The notes beneath the pieces are model-generated. The model ran no database searches. It saw only the letters and a program-made list of their open reading frames with translations, and was not told the origin of the DNA. Of a DNA stretch of 64,000 bases, positions 46,183-55,401 are shown piece by piece; the stretch's first letter is position 1; each line of letters starts with the position of its first letter. Source of the DNA: an uncultured Candidatus Rokubacteria bacterium (GTDB lineage: Bacteria > Methylomirabilota > Methylomirabilia > Rokubacteriales > CSP1-6); NCBI GenBank assembly GCA_963758635.1, contig CAVWWD010000003.1, forward strand, positions 704,001 to 768,000, in the 5' to 3' direction. A program made the position numbers and the translations under genes.

Positions 46183-46446
46183 CTAGTCCTTGAAGATCTG
46201 GTCGGGGTTGACGGTCACCGCCTTGCCCCACCAGTTCTCCGCGCGCGACGCCTCGACGTCGGAGCGCCGCACGTTGGGCGCCGACGTGTCGGTCGGGTTG
46301 CGGAACGTCGAGAACGAGAGGTGCTGGCCAGATGCGAAGTGGCTCGAATGGGCCTTCCACTCCGCCCACTCCTGGGACGATGCGCAGCCGCCGATCCCGA
46401 GCAGCACGCCGACCATCAGGGCTGCCCTCGAAACGCGTCCAGACAT
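46183..46446 (-). CDS. Small lipoprotein, hypothetical
   Basis: RBS GAGGAGG; lipobox IGGC; EWKAHSSHFASGQHL...ENWWG. Confidence 0.75.
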   Translation of the reverse strand: MSGRVSRAALMVGVLLGIGGCASSQEWAEWKAHSSHFASGQHLSFSTFRNPTDTSAPNVRRSDVEASRAENWWGKAVTVNPDQIFKD

Positions 46447-46737
46447 GACGTGTGGCCTCCTCAAGGGGTGCGCTGCCATGTGAGCCGTTGACCGGGCGCC
46501 ATGATACCGGGCGGTTCGGAGCGGGGTCAACCGGATTCGGGGGCGCCGCCGTCGCCCGCGACGATGGCGACGCGTCACGTTTTGCGCTTGCGGCACGTCG
46601 GACGCTGAGGCATCCTCGAAAACAGGTCGCCGTCTCGATGCCGATAGCCCTGCCAGGTTTGCCCCAGGTCGCCGGGTCCGGACGCTCCGAGAGAGGAGAA
46701 CGCGTGGCGGATCCTCTCTCCGGCAGGAGGACAACGC

Positions 46738-47628
46738 GTGGCTGATCCCCTCACGATCCTCGACCGCACCGAGGGGCTGCGCCGCCCGCTCGTCGTGATG
46801 GCGTTCGCGGGCTGGAACGACGCGGCCGAGTCGGCGACCAGCGCGGCCCGCTACATCGGTCAGCTCTGGACGTCGCGGCCGCTGGCCTCGATCGACCCCG
46901 AGGAGTTCTACCACTTCGGCCTCTCGCGCCCCTACGCGCGCTTCAAGCCGGGCTCCCGCACCGACCGGGAGATCGTGTGGCCGGCCACCGAGTTCTCGCT
47001 CGCCGAGCCGTCCACCCTCGAGCGTGACGTGATCGTCGGCGTGGCCATCGAGCCCCACCTGAAGTGGCGCACGTACTGCAACGCCGTCCTCCGGCTGGCC
47101 CGGTCGACCTCCGCGTCGCTCGTGCTCACGCTCGGCGCGCTCCTCGCCGAGGTGCCGCACACGCGGCCGGTGCGCCTGGTCGGCAGCGCGCACGATCCGG
47201 AGCTCGCCGCGCGCCTGGGCCTCCGGCCGAGCCGCTACGAGGGGCCCACCGGCATCGTCGGCGTGCTGAACACCGTGCTCCGCGACGAGGGCGTGCCGGT
47301 GGCGAGCCTCTGGGCCAACGTCCCCCACTACATCTCCGGCATCGAGAATCCCAAGGCGTCGATGGCGCTGGTGCGCCGCGTGCTGAGCCTGCTCAACACC
47401 GAGGCGGACCTGTCCGACCTCGAGGACTCCACGCGGCAGTTCGAGCAGAATCTCGAGGAGATCGTGTCGCAGAACACGAAGATCGCGGACTACGTGAAGA
47501 AGCTCGAGCGGAAGAAGCCGGAGGAGGACGAGGGAGAGCCCGAGACGCGCGACGAGCTGCCGCCGTCGGGTGACCTCGTGGCCGAGATCGAGCAGTTCCT
47601 GCGCCAGCAGCGCCCCGAAGGATCCTAG
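46738..47628 (+). CDS. PAC2 (proteasome assembly chaperone) family protein
   Basis: AFAGWNDAA, IDPEEFY, EPHLKW, LGALLAEVPHTRP, YEGPTGI, WANVPHY, EIEQFLR. Confidence 0.9.
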   Translation: MADPLTILDRTEGLRRPLVVMAFAGWNDAAESATSAARYIGQLWTSRPLASIDPEEFYHFGLSRPYARFKPGSRTDREIVWPATEFSLAEPSTLERDVIVGVAIEPHLKWRTYCNAVLRLARSTSASLVLTLGALLAEVPHTRPVRLVGSAHDPELAARLGLRPSRYEGPTGIVGVLNTVLRDEGVPVASLWANVPHYISGIENPKASMALVRRVLSLLNTEADLSDLEDSTRQFEQNLEEIVSQNTKIADYVKKLERKKPEEDEGEPETRDELPPSGDLVAEIEQFLRQQRPEGS

Positions 47629-47638
47629 CCGGCCGCCC

Positions 47639-48535
47639 TCACGCCGGCAGCCTGAGCCGGCCTTCCATCACGGTCACGGCGCGGCCGCCCACGCGGACAC
47701 GCGTCGCCCGGCCGGCCGTCACGTCGACGCGGACCCTGAGCCGGCCCGGCCGGCCCAGCCCGTCGCCCTGCTCGCCCACGAACGACGCGTGCCCGTTCGC
47801 GACACGCAGGAGACCGCGCTCGAGCAACCACACCGCGATCGAGGAGTGGACGGAGCCGGTGACGGGATCCTCGGGGATCCCGAAGTGCGGCGCGAAGAAG
47901 CGGCAGTGGGTCGTCGAGCCGGTGTCCACCGTCTCGCGCGACACCACGCACACGCCGCGGAGGCCGGCGGCGGCGGCGCGTTGGCCCAGCGTGCCCATCT
48001 CGGGAGCGAGGGCGCCCGTCGCGGCGAGCCCGGCCGCGGGCAGCAGCAGGTCTCCGTCGGGCGTGACGGCGGCGGCCGCCCACGTGCCGCGGGACGCGGG
48101 GTGCAGGCCGAGGTCGGCGGCGATCGCGTCGGCTTCCGGAGGGGCCCGGCGGAGCTCCGGCACGGCGGGGTCGAGCCAGATGACGACGCCAGCGCCGTCG
48201 CGCTCCACCTCCACCGCGAGCTCGCCGCCCAGCGTGTCGAACACGACCCGAGGACCGGCCAGGCGCCCGGCCTCGATCAGCGCGTGGACGGTGGCCACGG
48301 TCGCGTGGCCGCAGTAGCGGACCTCGCGGCTCGGCGTGAACCAGCGGAGCCGCGGGCGCGCGCCGGGGCGTGCCGGTCCCGACAGGAACGCGGTATCGGC
48401 CAGGTTCATCTCGGCGGCGATCGCCTGCATCGTCGGCTCGGCGAGGCCGTCGGCGTCCAGCACGACGCCCGCGGGGTTGCCGGCGAAGGGACGGTCGGTG
48501 AACGCGTCGACCCGGAGGATCGGGACCGCGGTCAT
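47639..48535 (-). CDS. PhzF family isomerase/epimerase
   Basis: VDAFT..FAGNPAGV, RWFTP..EV.YCGHAT, EDPVTGS. Confidence 0.92.
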   Translation of the reverse strand: MTAVPILRVDAFTDRPFAGNPAGVVLDADGLAEPTMQAIAAEMNLADTAFLSGPARPGARPRLRWFTPSREVRYCGHATVATVHALIEAGRLAGPRVVFDTLGGELAVEVERDGAGVVIWLDPAVPELRRAPPEADAIAADLGLHPASRGTWAAAAVTPDGDLLLPAAGLAATGALAPEMGTLGQRAAAAGLRGVCVVSRETVDTGSTTHCRFFAPHFGIPEDPVTGSVHSSIAVWLLERGLLRVANGHASFVGEQGDGLGRPGRLRVRVDVTAGRATRVRVGGRAVTVMEGRLRLPA

Positions 48536-49524
48536 CCCCGCGGGGACATGCCGAGGAGGCGCATCTCGTGGTGCAGCGTCTCGCGCAGGCCCTCCTCGAG
48601 GGGGCGCGTCGTGAAGCCGAAGGCCCGCGACGCCTTCTTGCTGTTGCCGAGGTAGGTGACGCCGGCCGTGGCCCGGAGCGTCTCCGGAGCGTACGTCTCG
48701 GGGACCGCCCGGAATCTCTCGACGACGCCCATCACGGTGGCGAGCCCGCCGACCAGCCAGGGCGGCGCGTCGACGCGGGGCGCAGGGATGCCGGTGATGG
48801 CCTCGGCCAGGACGAAGACCTGCCGCAGGCTCTGCGACGGCCCCGCGATGATGTAGGCCTCGCCCAGCGTCCCCTTCTCCATGGCGGCGACATGCGCGCG
48901 CGCCGTGTCCTCGACGTGCCCCCAGCAGTACACGGCGCCCCGCGGGATCATCGGGAGCTGCCGCCTGAGGTATCGCACGAACATCCGGCGGACGAGGCTC
49001 GTGTCGCCCGGCCCGTACACGACGCCGGGCTGCACGATGACCAGGGGGAGCCCGGCCCGCGCCATCGGCTCCGCGACCTTGTAGTGCGCGGCCCACTTCG
49101 TGCGGTCGTAGTCGGTGAGCCACGGGCCCTCGTGCCGGTAGCGCTCGTCCACCGCGCGGCCCCGTGTGTCGCCGAAGACGGCGAGGCTCGACGTGTACAC
49201 GCCCCTGGGGATCTCCAGCTCCTTCATCAGCTCGAGGACGTTGTACGTGCCGTTCACGTTGATGCTGTCGGCGCTGGCGCGGTCGCGCACGCCCACGCGG
49301 TACCACGCGGCGAGGTGGAAGACGCCGTCGGCGCCCCGCATGCCCCCGCGCATGCTCTCCTTGAGGGTGAGGTCGCCCTCATGGGCGCGCGCCCCGAGCC
49401 GGGTCAGGTCCTGCGCGGCCGCCGCGCTCCGCACGAGCGCGACGACCTCGTGCCCCTGCTCGAGGAGCAGGCGCGCGACGTGGCGGCCGATGAAGCCGCT
49501 CGCCCCCGTGACGAAGTACTTCAT
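48532..49524 (-). CDS. NAD-dependent epimerase/dehydratase (HpnA/dihydroflavonol reductase-like)
   Basis: TGASGFIG, VFHLAAWY, YDRTK, VYGPGD. Confidence 0.88.
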   Translation of the reverse strand: MKYFVTGASGFIGRHVARLLLEQGHEVVALVRSAAAAQDLTRLGARAHEGDLTLKESMRGGMRGADGVFHLAAWYRVGVRDRASADSINVNGTYNVLELMKELEIPRGVYTSSLAVFGDTRGRAVDERYRHEGPWLTDYDRTKWAAHYKVAEPMARAGLPLVIVQPGVVYGPGDTSLVRRMFVRYLRRQLPMIPRGAVYCWGHVEDTARAHVAAMEKGTLGEAYIIAGPSQSLRQVFVLAEAITGIPAPRVDAPPWLVGGLATVMGVVERFRAVPETYAPETLRATAGVTYLGNSKKASRAFGFTTRPLEEGLRETLHHEMRLLGMSPRG

Positions 49525-50609
49525 GCCACGCCCGCCGCGCGCGGGGCCGCGTGTCCGGGCTCCTCGACGCGCACGCGCGCCCGCACGCGCCGCGCGTGGC
49601 CGGCGAGCGCCCGGTTCGACCACACCGTGACGAGCGACGCGGCGAGCACGGCCTGGACCTCGGCGCGCGGCACCTTGATCCGCGCCGTCGGGTCGAGCCA
49701 GGCGTCCGAGGCGGCGAGCCGCGCGAGGGTGCCGAGCCCGATCAGGAGCGGCCAGGCGCAGGCCAGGCGCATGCGCGCCTCCGCCCGCGGGATGGCGAGC
49801 GTGTACCGCCAGCCGGCGTCGTAGCGGGCGAGGGCGAGCCGCAGCAGGTCCGCGCGCAGCGGCCGGGCCGCCGCGGCCGCCGCCGGGTCGAGGAGGTCAC
49901 GGGGCGACAGGCCGAGCCGCGCCAGGTCCTGCGCGGGCAGGTAGCAGCGGCCCTGTCGGAGGTCCCTCGGCACGTCGCGGAGGATGTTGGTGAGCTGCAG
50001 CGCCTGCCCGAACTGGACGCCGAGCGATCGCATCGCGGCCAGGTCCAGGCGGGCCAGGCGCGGCCGGTGCGCAGCGTGGATGTCGGTCCAGAACTCGCCC
50101 ACGCATCCCGCCACGAGATAGGTGTACCGCTCGAGGTCCGCCCGCGTGTCGAGGGCGGCGAGGCCGGGGGCGTCGTCGCCGGGGAAGCGGCGGAGGTCGT
50201 CCATCTGCCCCTCGACGATGGTCTCGAGCAGCGCCGCCACGCGATCCCGATCCGGGGTGGGCAGCCCGCGGTAGATGGCCAGGACCTCGGGCACGCGCTC
50301 CACGAGCCGTCGCTCGCCGGCGCTGGCCTGGCCGGGCCCGACGGCGGCGGCGACGCGCTCGGCCCGGCCCGTCACGCCGCCCCGCAGCTCTTGACGGAGC
50401 GCGTCCAGGTGGCCGAGGCGCTCCTCGCGCGCCACGACGCGCGTGTCGGCGATCGTGTCGGTGGCCCGGGCCAGCAGGTAGGCGATGCCCACGGCCGGAC
50501 GCACCGCTGCGGGCAGGATGGCGAGGGAGAGGTAGAACGAGCGGCTGACGCTCTTGAGGACGGGGCCGATCAGCTCGGACGTTTCCGCGGTTCCGGATCG
50601 GGCGGCCAA
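49521..50609 (-). CDS. Squalene/phytoene synthase family protein
   Basis: VSRSF, YLLARATDTIAD, YTYLVAGCVGEFW, LQLTNILRD..DL..GRCYLP. Confidence 0.9.
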   Translation of the reverse strand: MAARSGTAETSELIGPVLKSVSRSFYLSLAILPAAVRPAVGIAYLLARATDTIADTRVVAREERLGHLDALRQELRGGVTGRAERVAAAVGPGQASAGERRLVERVPEVLAIYRGLPTPDRDRVAALLETIVEGQMDDLRRFPGDDAPGLAALDTRADLERYTYLVAGCVGEFWTDIHAAHRPRLARLDLAAMRSLGVQFGQALQLTNILRDVPRDLRQGRCYLPAQDLARLGLSPRDLLDPAAAAAARPLRADLLRLALARYDAGWRYTLAIPRAEARMRLACAWPLLIGLGTLARLAASDAWLDPTARIKVPRAEVQAVLAASLVTVWSNRALAGHARRVRARVRVEEPGHAAPRAAGVA

Positions 50610-50640
50610 CGGATGCTCGATCCAGCCGGACCGACGAGAC

Positions 50641-50931
50641 CTAGTCCCGCTCCATCGGATTGAGGGGCGGGTCGGGGTCGTCCTTGGCCTTCTTGAGGCC
50701 TTCCTGGAACATCCGGTCGAGCACGCGGGATCGGGACGATTCGGCCTTCATCTGCTCCTTGAAGCGCTCCTCGCGGCGCGAGGCCTCGCCCTTGAGGGAG
50801 GCGAGTGCGTCGCCGAGGTCGAGCCCGGAGCGTTGCCGCGGCGGCGCCTCGTGGGCGATCACCGCCTGGAGGTCGGGATCGATGGTGAGGCGCCCCGCGC
50901 AGCACGGACACATCACGACGAAGCTCGCCAT
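50641..50931 (-). CDS. Small hypothetical protein (CPCC knuckle plus coiled coil)
   Basis: VMCPCCAGRLTID followed by a charged helix. Confidence 0.7.
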   Translation of the reverse strand: MASFVVMCPCCAGRLTIDPDLQAVIAHEAPPRQRSGLDLGDALASLKGEASRREERFKEQMKAESSRSRVLDRMFQEGLKKAKDDPDPPLNPMERD

Positions 50932-50958
50932 GGCCACCCACGATAGCAGACTATGGGC

Positions 50959-51627
50959 CTACGGGAGCCGCGTGCGCTCGTCGATCGAGCGCCGGCGGGG
51001 CTCGCCCCACTGGGCGGGCGGCTGCGGCACCTGGTCGGCGCGGACGGTGGTGCCCTGGCCCGGGCGGAGGAGGACGGCGCCGCGCACGTCAGGGCGCCAG
51101 TTCGACACCGCGACGGTTCCGGCGACCGTGAGGACGGCGGTGCCGTCGGGGGTGACCTCGACGATGTACTCGGTGCCACGCACGGCGGCGATGGCCGTGG
51201 GCGTCCACGTCTCGACGAGGGCGCGGCCCGGCGCCGGCTTGACGACGAAGCGCGCGGCGCCCGCGAGGACGGTGAGTCGCGTGGACCCGCGGCCGGGCTC
51301 GGCGATCTGGGTCACGCGCAGCGAGGCCAGCTCCCCGAGCGTGACGACGGTCTCGTTCTCGAAGGCGATGCGCACCTTGGACGCGGCGCGCGTGTGGACG
51401 GTGTCGGCGCGGAGCAGCGGGCTCTTCACCGTGAGCGGAAGTTGCTCGGAGGCGCCGAAGCGTACGACCGCGGCCTCGCCCTCGAGAGAGACGACCTGCG
51501 CGACGGGCGCCGCGGTCGGGGCCGCCGACTGCGCCCCCGCCGGCCGCGTCAGCAGTAGCGACACCGCGCCGAGGGCGACGAGGCTCAGCACGAACACGGC
51601 GGGGCGCAGGCAGGCGCGCGCGGTCAT
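50959..51627 (-). CDS. FecR-domain secreted protein
   Basis: Signal peptide; DTVHT..S, TPTAIAAVRGT.Y.V, V..G.V.V. Confidence 0.8.
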   Translation of the reverse strand: MTARACLRPAVFVLSLVALGAVSLLLTRPAGAQSAAPTAAPVAQVVSLEGEAAVVRFGASEQLPLTVKSPLLRADTVHTRAASKVRIAFENETVVTLGELASLRVTQIAEPGRGSTRLTVLAGAARFVVKPAPGRALVETWTPTAIAAVRGTEYIVEVTPDGTAVLTVAGTVAVSNWRPDVRGAVLLRPGQGTTVRADQVPQPPAQWGEPRRRSIDERTRLP

Positions 51628-51675
51628 GGGCCCTTTCTTGGGCGGCCGGGCGGCGTCGACGCGCCGAGGCCAGCC

Positions 51676-51738
51676 TCAGAACGTGAGCTTGTCTCCGGGG
51701 CTGATCGGGAAGACGCCGGCGGAAGTGGTCTCAGCCAT
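51676..51738 (-). CDS. Candidate 20-aa small ORF (MAETTSAGVFPISPGDKLTF)
   Basis: RBS GGGAGG 7 nt upstream; promoter TTGCCG(51810-51805)-17 bp-TAGGCT(51787-51782). Confidence 0.5.
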   Translation of the reverse strand: MAETTSAGVFPISPGDKLTF

Positions 51739-51874
51739 GAGCGGCCCTCCCTCTCAGGAATAGAGGAAATGACGACGGCGGAGCCTACCACGCGCCTTCG
51801 GACCCGGCAAGGCGCAGAGCGCCGAGGGAATGAGGAAGAACGGGGAGGGAGATCGCCGGGGACCGTGCCGGGCA

Positions 51875-51899
51875 GGAGGGGCGGCCGGGCCGCCCCTCC
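51875..51899 (-). terminator. GC-rich hairpin after the TPR gene
   Basis: GGAGGGGCGGC-CGG-GCCGCCCCTCC; no strong U tract. Confidence 0.45.
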
Positions 51900-51911
51900 C
51901 CCGGACGCCGG

Positions 51912-53531
51912 CTACTTCGACTGGCCGATGAACGTCCGGGCTTGCCGCAGCTCCGGGCGCTCCGCGTCGCCCGTCCGGGCCAGCGCGACGAGCTGCGTGT
52001 AGTAGGTCCGCGCCTTGACGGCATTGCCGGCCTGGTCCGCCGCGCGTGCCGCTCCGTAGAGCCCGAGGAAGCGGTTCGGGTCCACGCGCTGCGAGGCCTC
52101 GAACTCGGTGAGGGCGTCCGCGGGCCGTCCCACCTCGAGGAGCATGTCGCCCAGCATCTCTCGCGCCGGGAACAGCGCCCCCGGCGTCACCGGGTGCTTC
52201 TCGGTGGCATCCTCGCGGTCGGCGGCCTGCCGCATCAGGGCCAGCGCCTCGTCGTTCTTGCCCTCGGCGCGGGCGATCCACGCGCTCACGGCGATGCGCT
52301 GGATCTCGCTCTGCTCCGCCCAGTAGGCGCTCTTGGCCGCCGCCTGCCGGTCACGCAGGGCGACGATGCGCTCCAGGTCCTTGCGGGCGCTCGCGACGGC
52401 GCCGCTCCGCGCCGCCCCCAGCCCCCGGGCGAACCAGGTGATCGACTGCGCCATCGGGAACTTGTCCCACGACAGCTCCGAGGGGTGGAAGACGAGGGCC
52501 GCCGCGTCCGCCCACTGCCGCCGCTCGAGCGCGTAGCGCGCGGGGATGGCCGCGAACGCGTAGGCCGCGGCGAAGTGCTCCACGTCGAGCTTGCTGAGCC
52601 CCGAGATCTCGGTGAGGACGGCCTGCGCCTCCTTGTCCTTCACCAGCTGCATGTAGCCGTAGACCATGTAGTCCATGGCGTGGAGCGCGTTGTACGAGCC
52701 GAGCGCCTGCTGCCCCTGGCGGCTCAGCTCCTCCTTGGCGGCGCCGGCCGACGCGCGATTGGTGTCGATCGACTCCTGCCAGGCGCCCACGCGGGTGAAG
52801 ATGTGCGAGGGCATGTGCAGCGCGTGGGGCGCCGAGGGCGCGATGGCCGCGTAGCGCCGCGCCGCGGGCAGCCCCTTCTGGGCGATCGGCGGGAAGTCGT
52901 AGCTGTGGATCAGGTAGTGGGCCACGCCGGGATGGTCGGGCTGCTGCGCGAACGCCCGCTCCAGCACCGCGGCCGCCTTGAGCTGGTTCGCGTACGTCTT
53001 GTCGTTCGGGTTGAGCGTGATGTTGAGCGCGAGGGCGTAGAAGATGGCCGCCTCGGGATCGGAGGGATAGCGGGCGGTGAGATCGGCCATGGCGCGCTCG
53101 TAGGCGACGGCGCGCGTCCGGTGCTCGACCTTGTCCGCGTCGCGGTAGAAGGTCTCGATGGCCGCCACGTAGTCGCGCTCGCGCTGGGTCTTCGCGTTCG
53201 CGGCCTTCGCGCGGTCCACCGCCGCGGCGCCCTCGGCGAGGGCCTTGGGACTGGGCGGCCCGGCGAGCGGGTTGCCGAGCAAGGTCATCGCCGTGCCCCA
53301 GTGGGCCATGGCGCAGCCCGGGTCGGTCTTCGCCGTGTCGGCGAAGCCGTCGAGCGCGGTCTGGAACCAGAACGAGTGGAGCAGCGCGACCGCGCGATCG
53401 AACTTCGGCTGGGCGGCCGCCGTGCACGAGGTCGGGAAGCTGACGATGCCGAGCTTCTCGTGAGCGGGGGCAGGGGCCGCGGCCAGGACGACGGACAGGA
53501 CGGTCAGGATGACAGCCGGGGTTCGCATCAT
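51912..53531 (-). CDS. Secreted TPR-containing protein
   Basis: Signal peptide; F.TSC, LLHSFW, HPGVAHYLIHSYD, APHALHMPSHIF; RBS GAGGGAGG. Confidence 0.85.
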   Translation of the reverse strand: MMRTPAVILTVLSVVLAAAPAPAHEKLGIVSFPTSCTAAAQPKFDRAVALLHSFWFQTALDGFADTAKTDPGCAMAHWGTAMTLLGNPLAGPPSPKALAEGAAAVDRAKAANAKTQRERDYVAAIETFYRDADKVEHRTRAVAYERAMADLTARYPSDPEAAIFYALALNITLNPNDKTYANQLKAAAVLERAFAQQPDHPGVAHYLIHSYDFPPIAQKGLPAARRYAAIAPSAPHALHMPSHIFTRVGAWQESIDTNRASAGAAKEELSRQGQQALGSYNALHAMDYMVYGYMQLVKDKEAQAVLTEISGLSKLDVEHFAAAYAFAAIPARYALERRQWADAAALVFHPSELSWDKFPMAQSITWFARGLGAARSGAVASARKDLERIVALRDRQAAAKSAYWAEQSEIQRIAVSAWIARAEGKNDEALALMRQAADREDATEKHPVTPGALFPAREMLGDMLLEVGRPADALTEFEASQRVDPNRFLGLYGAARAADQAGNAVKARTYYTQLVALARTGDAERPELRQARTFIGQSK

Positions 53532-53587
53532 ACCGGTACCTCCCTCATGTGGGTGCAAGGCGGACGTAGCCATCGGTGGAGACGCAA

Positions 53588-53603
53588 AGCAAGCACCATG
53601 CCC
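53588..53603 (-). promoter_or_regulatory. Sigma54 (-24/-12) promoter candidate
   Basis: GGGCATG-GTGC-TTGCT, exact GG-N10-GC spacing, about 55 nt upstream of the TPR gene. Confidence 0.55.
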
Positions 53604-53726
53604 CTCCCTCGAGAGCCCTAACGTCGTGAGAACACGACCGCGCCAGGACCATCGCCGCTCGTCGCGGGCACCTTGCCCGGGCGGGCCGGCGCGGCGCCCG
53701 GCCGGCGACCTGCTATGCTGTGGCGC

Positions 53727-54680
53727 GTGCCCGATCGCCTGAACGAGTTCTCCTGGTCCCGGAGCCGCAACGGCGTGTTCCAGGAGTGCCGCCGTCGCTA
53801 CTACTACCACTATTACGGGGCCTGGGGAGGCTGGGATCCCGGCGCGGACGCCACCGTCCGCGCCCTGTACGTCCTCAAGCAGCTCGGAACCCGGCAGATG
53901 TGGGCGGGGCGTCTCGTGCACGAGGCCATCGAGCGCGTGTTGCTCGCCGTGCGCGACGGCTACGCCCTGTCCGAGGCGTCGCTGATCGAGGCGACGGTGC
54001 GCCAGATGCGCGAGGAGTGGAAGGGCTCGCGCGCCGGCGTCTACCGCGAGGCGCCCCGGCGCACCGGGCTCTTCGAGCACGAGTACGGCGTGCCCGTGAA
54101 GGACGGCGAGTGGCAGGCCCTCCGCGACCACATGGTGCGCTGCCTGCGGAACTTCCATCGCCTCTCCCTCCTCGCCGACATCAAGGCCACCCCGACCGAG
54201 CGCTGGATCATGATCGAGGACATCGGCTCGTTCGCGTTCGAGGGGACGACCGTGTTCGCCGCCCCCGACTTCGCCTACTGGAACGCCGCCGACCGCCTGC
54301 AGCTCGTGGACTGGAAGACGGGGGGCGGCGGGGGCGGCGCGGCGCTCCAGCTCGGCGGATACGCGTTGTACGCCCACACGCTCCTGCGCGTGGACCCCGC
54401 CCGCGTGGACCTCCTCGAGGTGAACCTGCGCGAGGGGAGCGTCGCCGCCCACCCGTGCGATCCCGACAGCCTCGACCGGGTCCGCGACAACATCCGCCTC
54501 TCGGTGCGCTCCATGAAGGCCTACCTGCGCGACGCGGAGACGAACCTCGCCGCGGAGGCGGATTTCGAGAAGGCGGAGGACACGCGCCTGTGCCGCTGGT
54601 GCAACTTCCGCGGCGTGTGCCGGCCCGAGCTGCCGCCCTTCGACGCGCCGCGGACGGCCGCGCGGGCCGCCGTCTCGTGA
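53727..54680 (+). CDS. PD-(D/E)XK nuclease (RecB/AddB/Cas4-like)
   Basis: WSRSR..ECRRRYYY, GRLVH, APD..LVDWKTG, QL..YALY, CRWCNFRGVC. Confidence 0.88.
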   Translation: MPDRLNEFSWSRSRNGVFQECRRRYYYHYYGAWGGWDPGADATVRALYVLKQLGTRQMWAGRLVHEAIERVLLAVRDGYALSEASLIEATVRQMREEWKGSRAGVYREAPRRTGLFEHEYGVPVKDGEWQALRDHMVRCLRNFHRLSLLADIKATPTERWIMIEDIGSFAFEGTTVFAAPDFAYWNAADRLQLVDWKTGGGGGGAALQLGGYALYAHTLLRVDPARVDLLEVNLREGSVAAHPCDPDSLDRVRDNIRLSVRSMKAYLRDAETNLAAEADFEKAEDTRLCRWCNFRGVCRPELPPFDAPRTAARAAVS

Positions 54681-55384
54681 AGACCCTCCTCGTCGACCTC
54701 GACGATACGCTGCTCGACTACACGAGCGGCATCGAGGGCTCGTGGCGCGAGGCCTGCGAGCTGATCGCCGGACCGTGCGGCCTGGACACCGGCGCCCTCG
54801 GGACCGCGGTCATCGAGGCGCGCCGCTGGTTCTGGGACGACGCCACACGGCAGGTCGAGGGCCGGCGCGACATGGTGGCGGCGTGGGCCGCGATCGCCGC
54901 CCGCGGGCTCGAGCAGGTCGGCGCCGTCGACGCGCGCATGGCCCGGGCCATCGCCGAGGACTACGCCGAGCGGCGTCGGGCGTGCTACGGCCTCCTGCCT
55001 GGCGCGGCCGACGCCCTCGCCGAGCTCCGCCGGCGCGGCGTGCCGATGGCGCTCGTCACCAACGGCGACCGGCGGGAGCAGCGCTACAAGATCGAGCGCT
55101 TCGACCTGGCGAAGTTCTTCGACGTGCTGGTCATCGAGGGAGAGTTCGGCGTGGGCAAGCCCCACGAGTCGGTGTACCGCCATGCCCTCGCCGCCCTCGG
55201 CGCCCACCCCGCGACGACCACGATGGTGGGCGACAACCTGGAGTGGGACGTGGCCGCTCCCCAGCGGCTCGGCATCGCCGGTGTCTGGGTCGACGCGCCG
55301 GGCCACGGCCTTCCCGCGGGGAGCCCCGTGAAGCCGGACCGCATCGTGCGCGCCTTCCGCGATCTCGTCCTCCTCACACCCTGA
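54677..55384 (+). CDS. HAD-family hydrolase
   Basis: DLDDTL, VTNG, GKP, MVGDNLEWDV. Confidence 0.92.
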   Translation: MKTLLVDLDDTLLDYTSGIEGSWREACELIAGPCGLDTGALGTAVIEARRWFWDDATRQVEGRRDMVAAWAAIAARGLEQVGAVDARMARAIAEDYAERRRACYGLLPGAADALAELRRRGVPMALVTNGDRREQRYKIERFDLAKFFDVLVIEGEFGVGKPHESVYRHALAALGAHPATTTMVGDNLEWDVAAPQRLGIAGVWVDAPGHGLPAGSPVKPDRIVRAFRDLVLLTP

Positions 55385-55401
55385 TCCCGGCGACGGCGGT
55401 C

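Noticed and set aside
53727..54680. CRISPR adaptation gene cas4
   Set aside because: No cas1, cas2 or array nearby; kept only as a solo PD-(D/E)XK nuclease.
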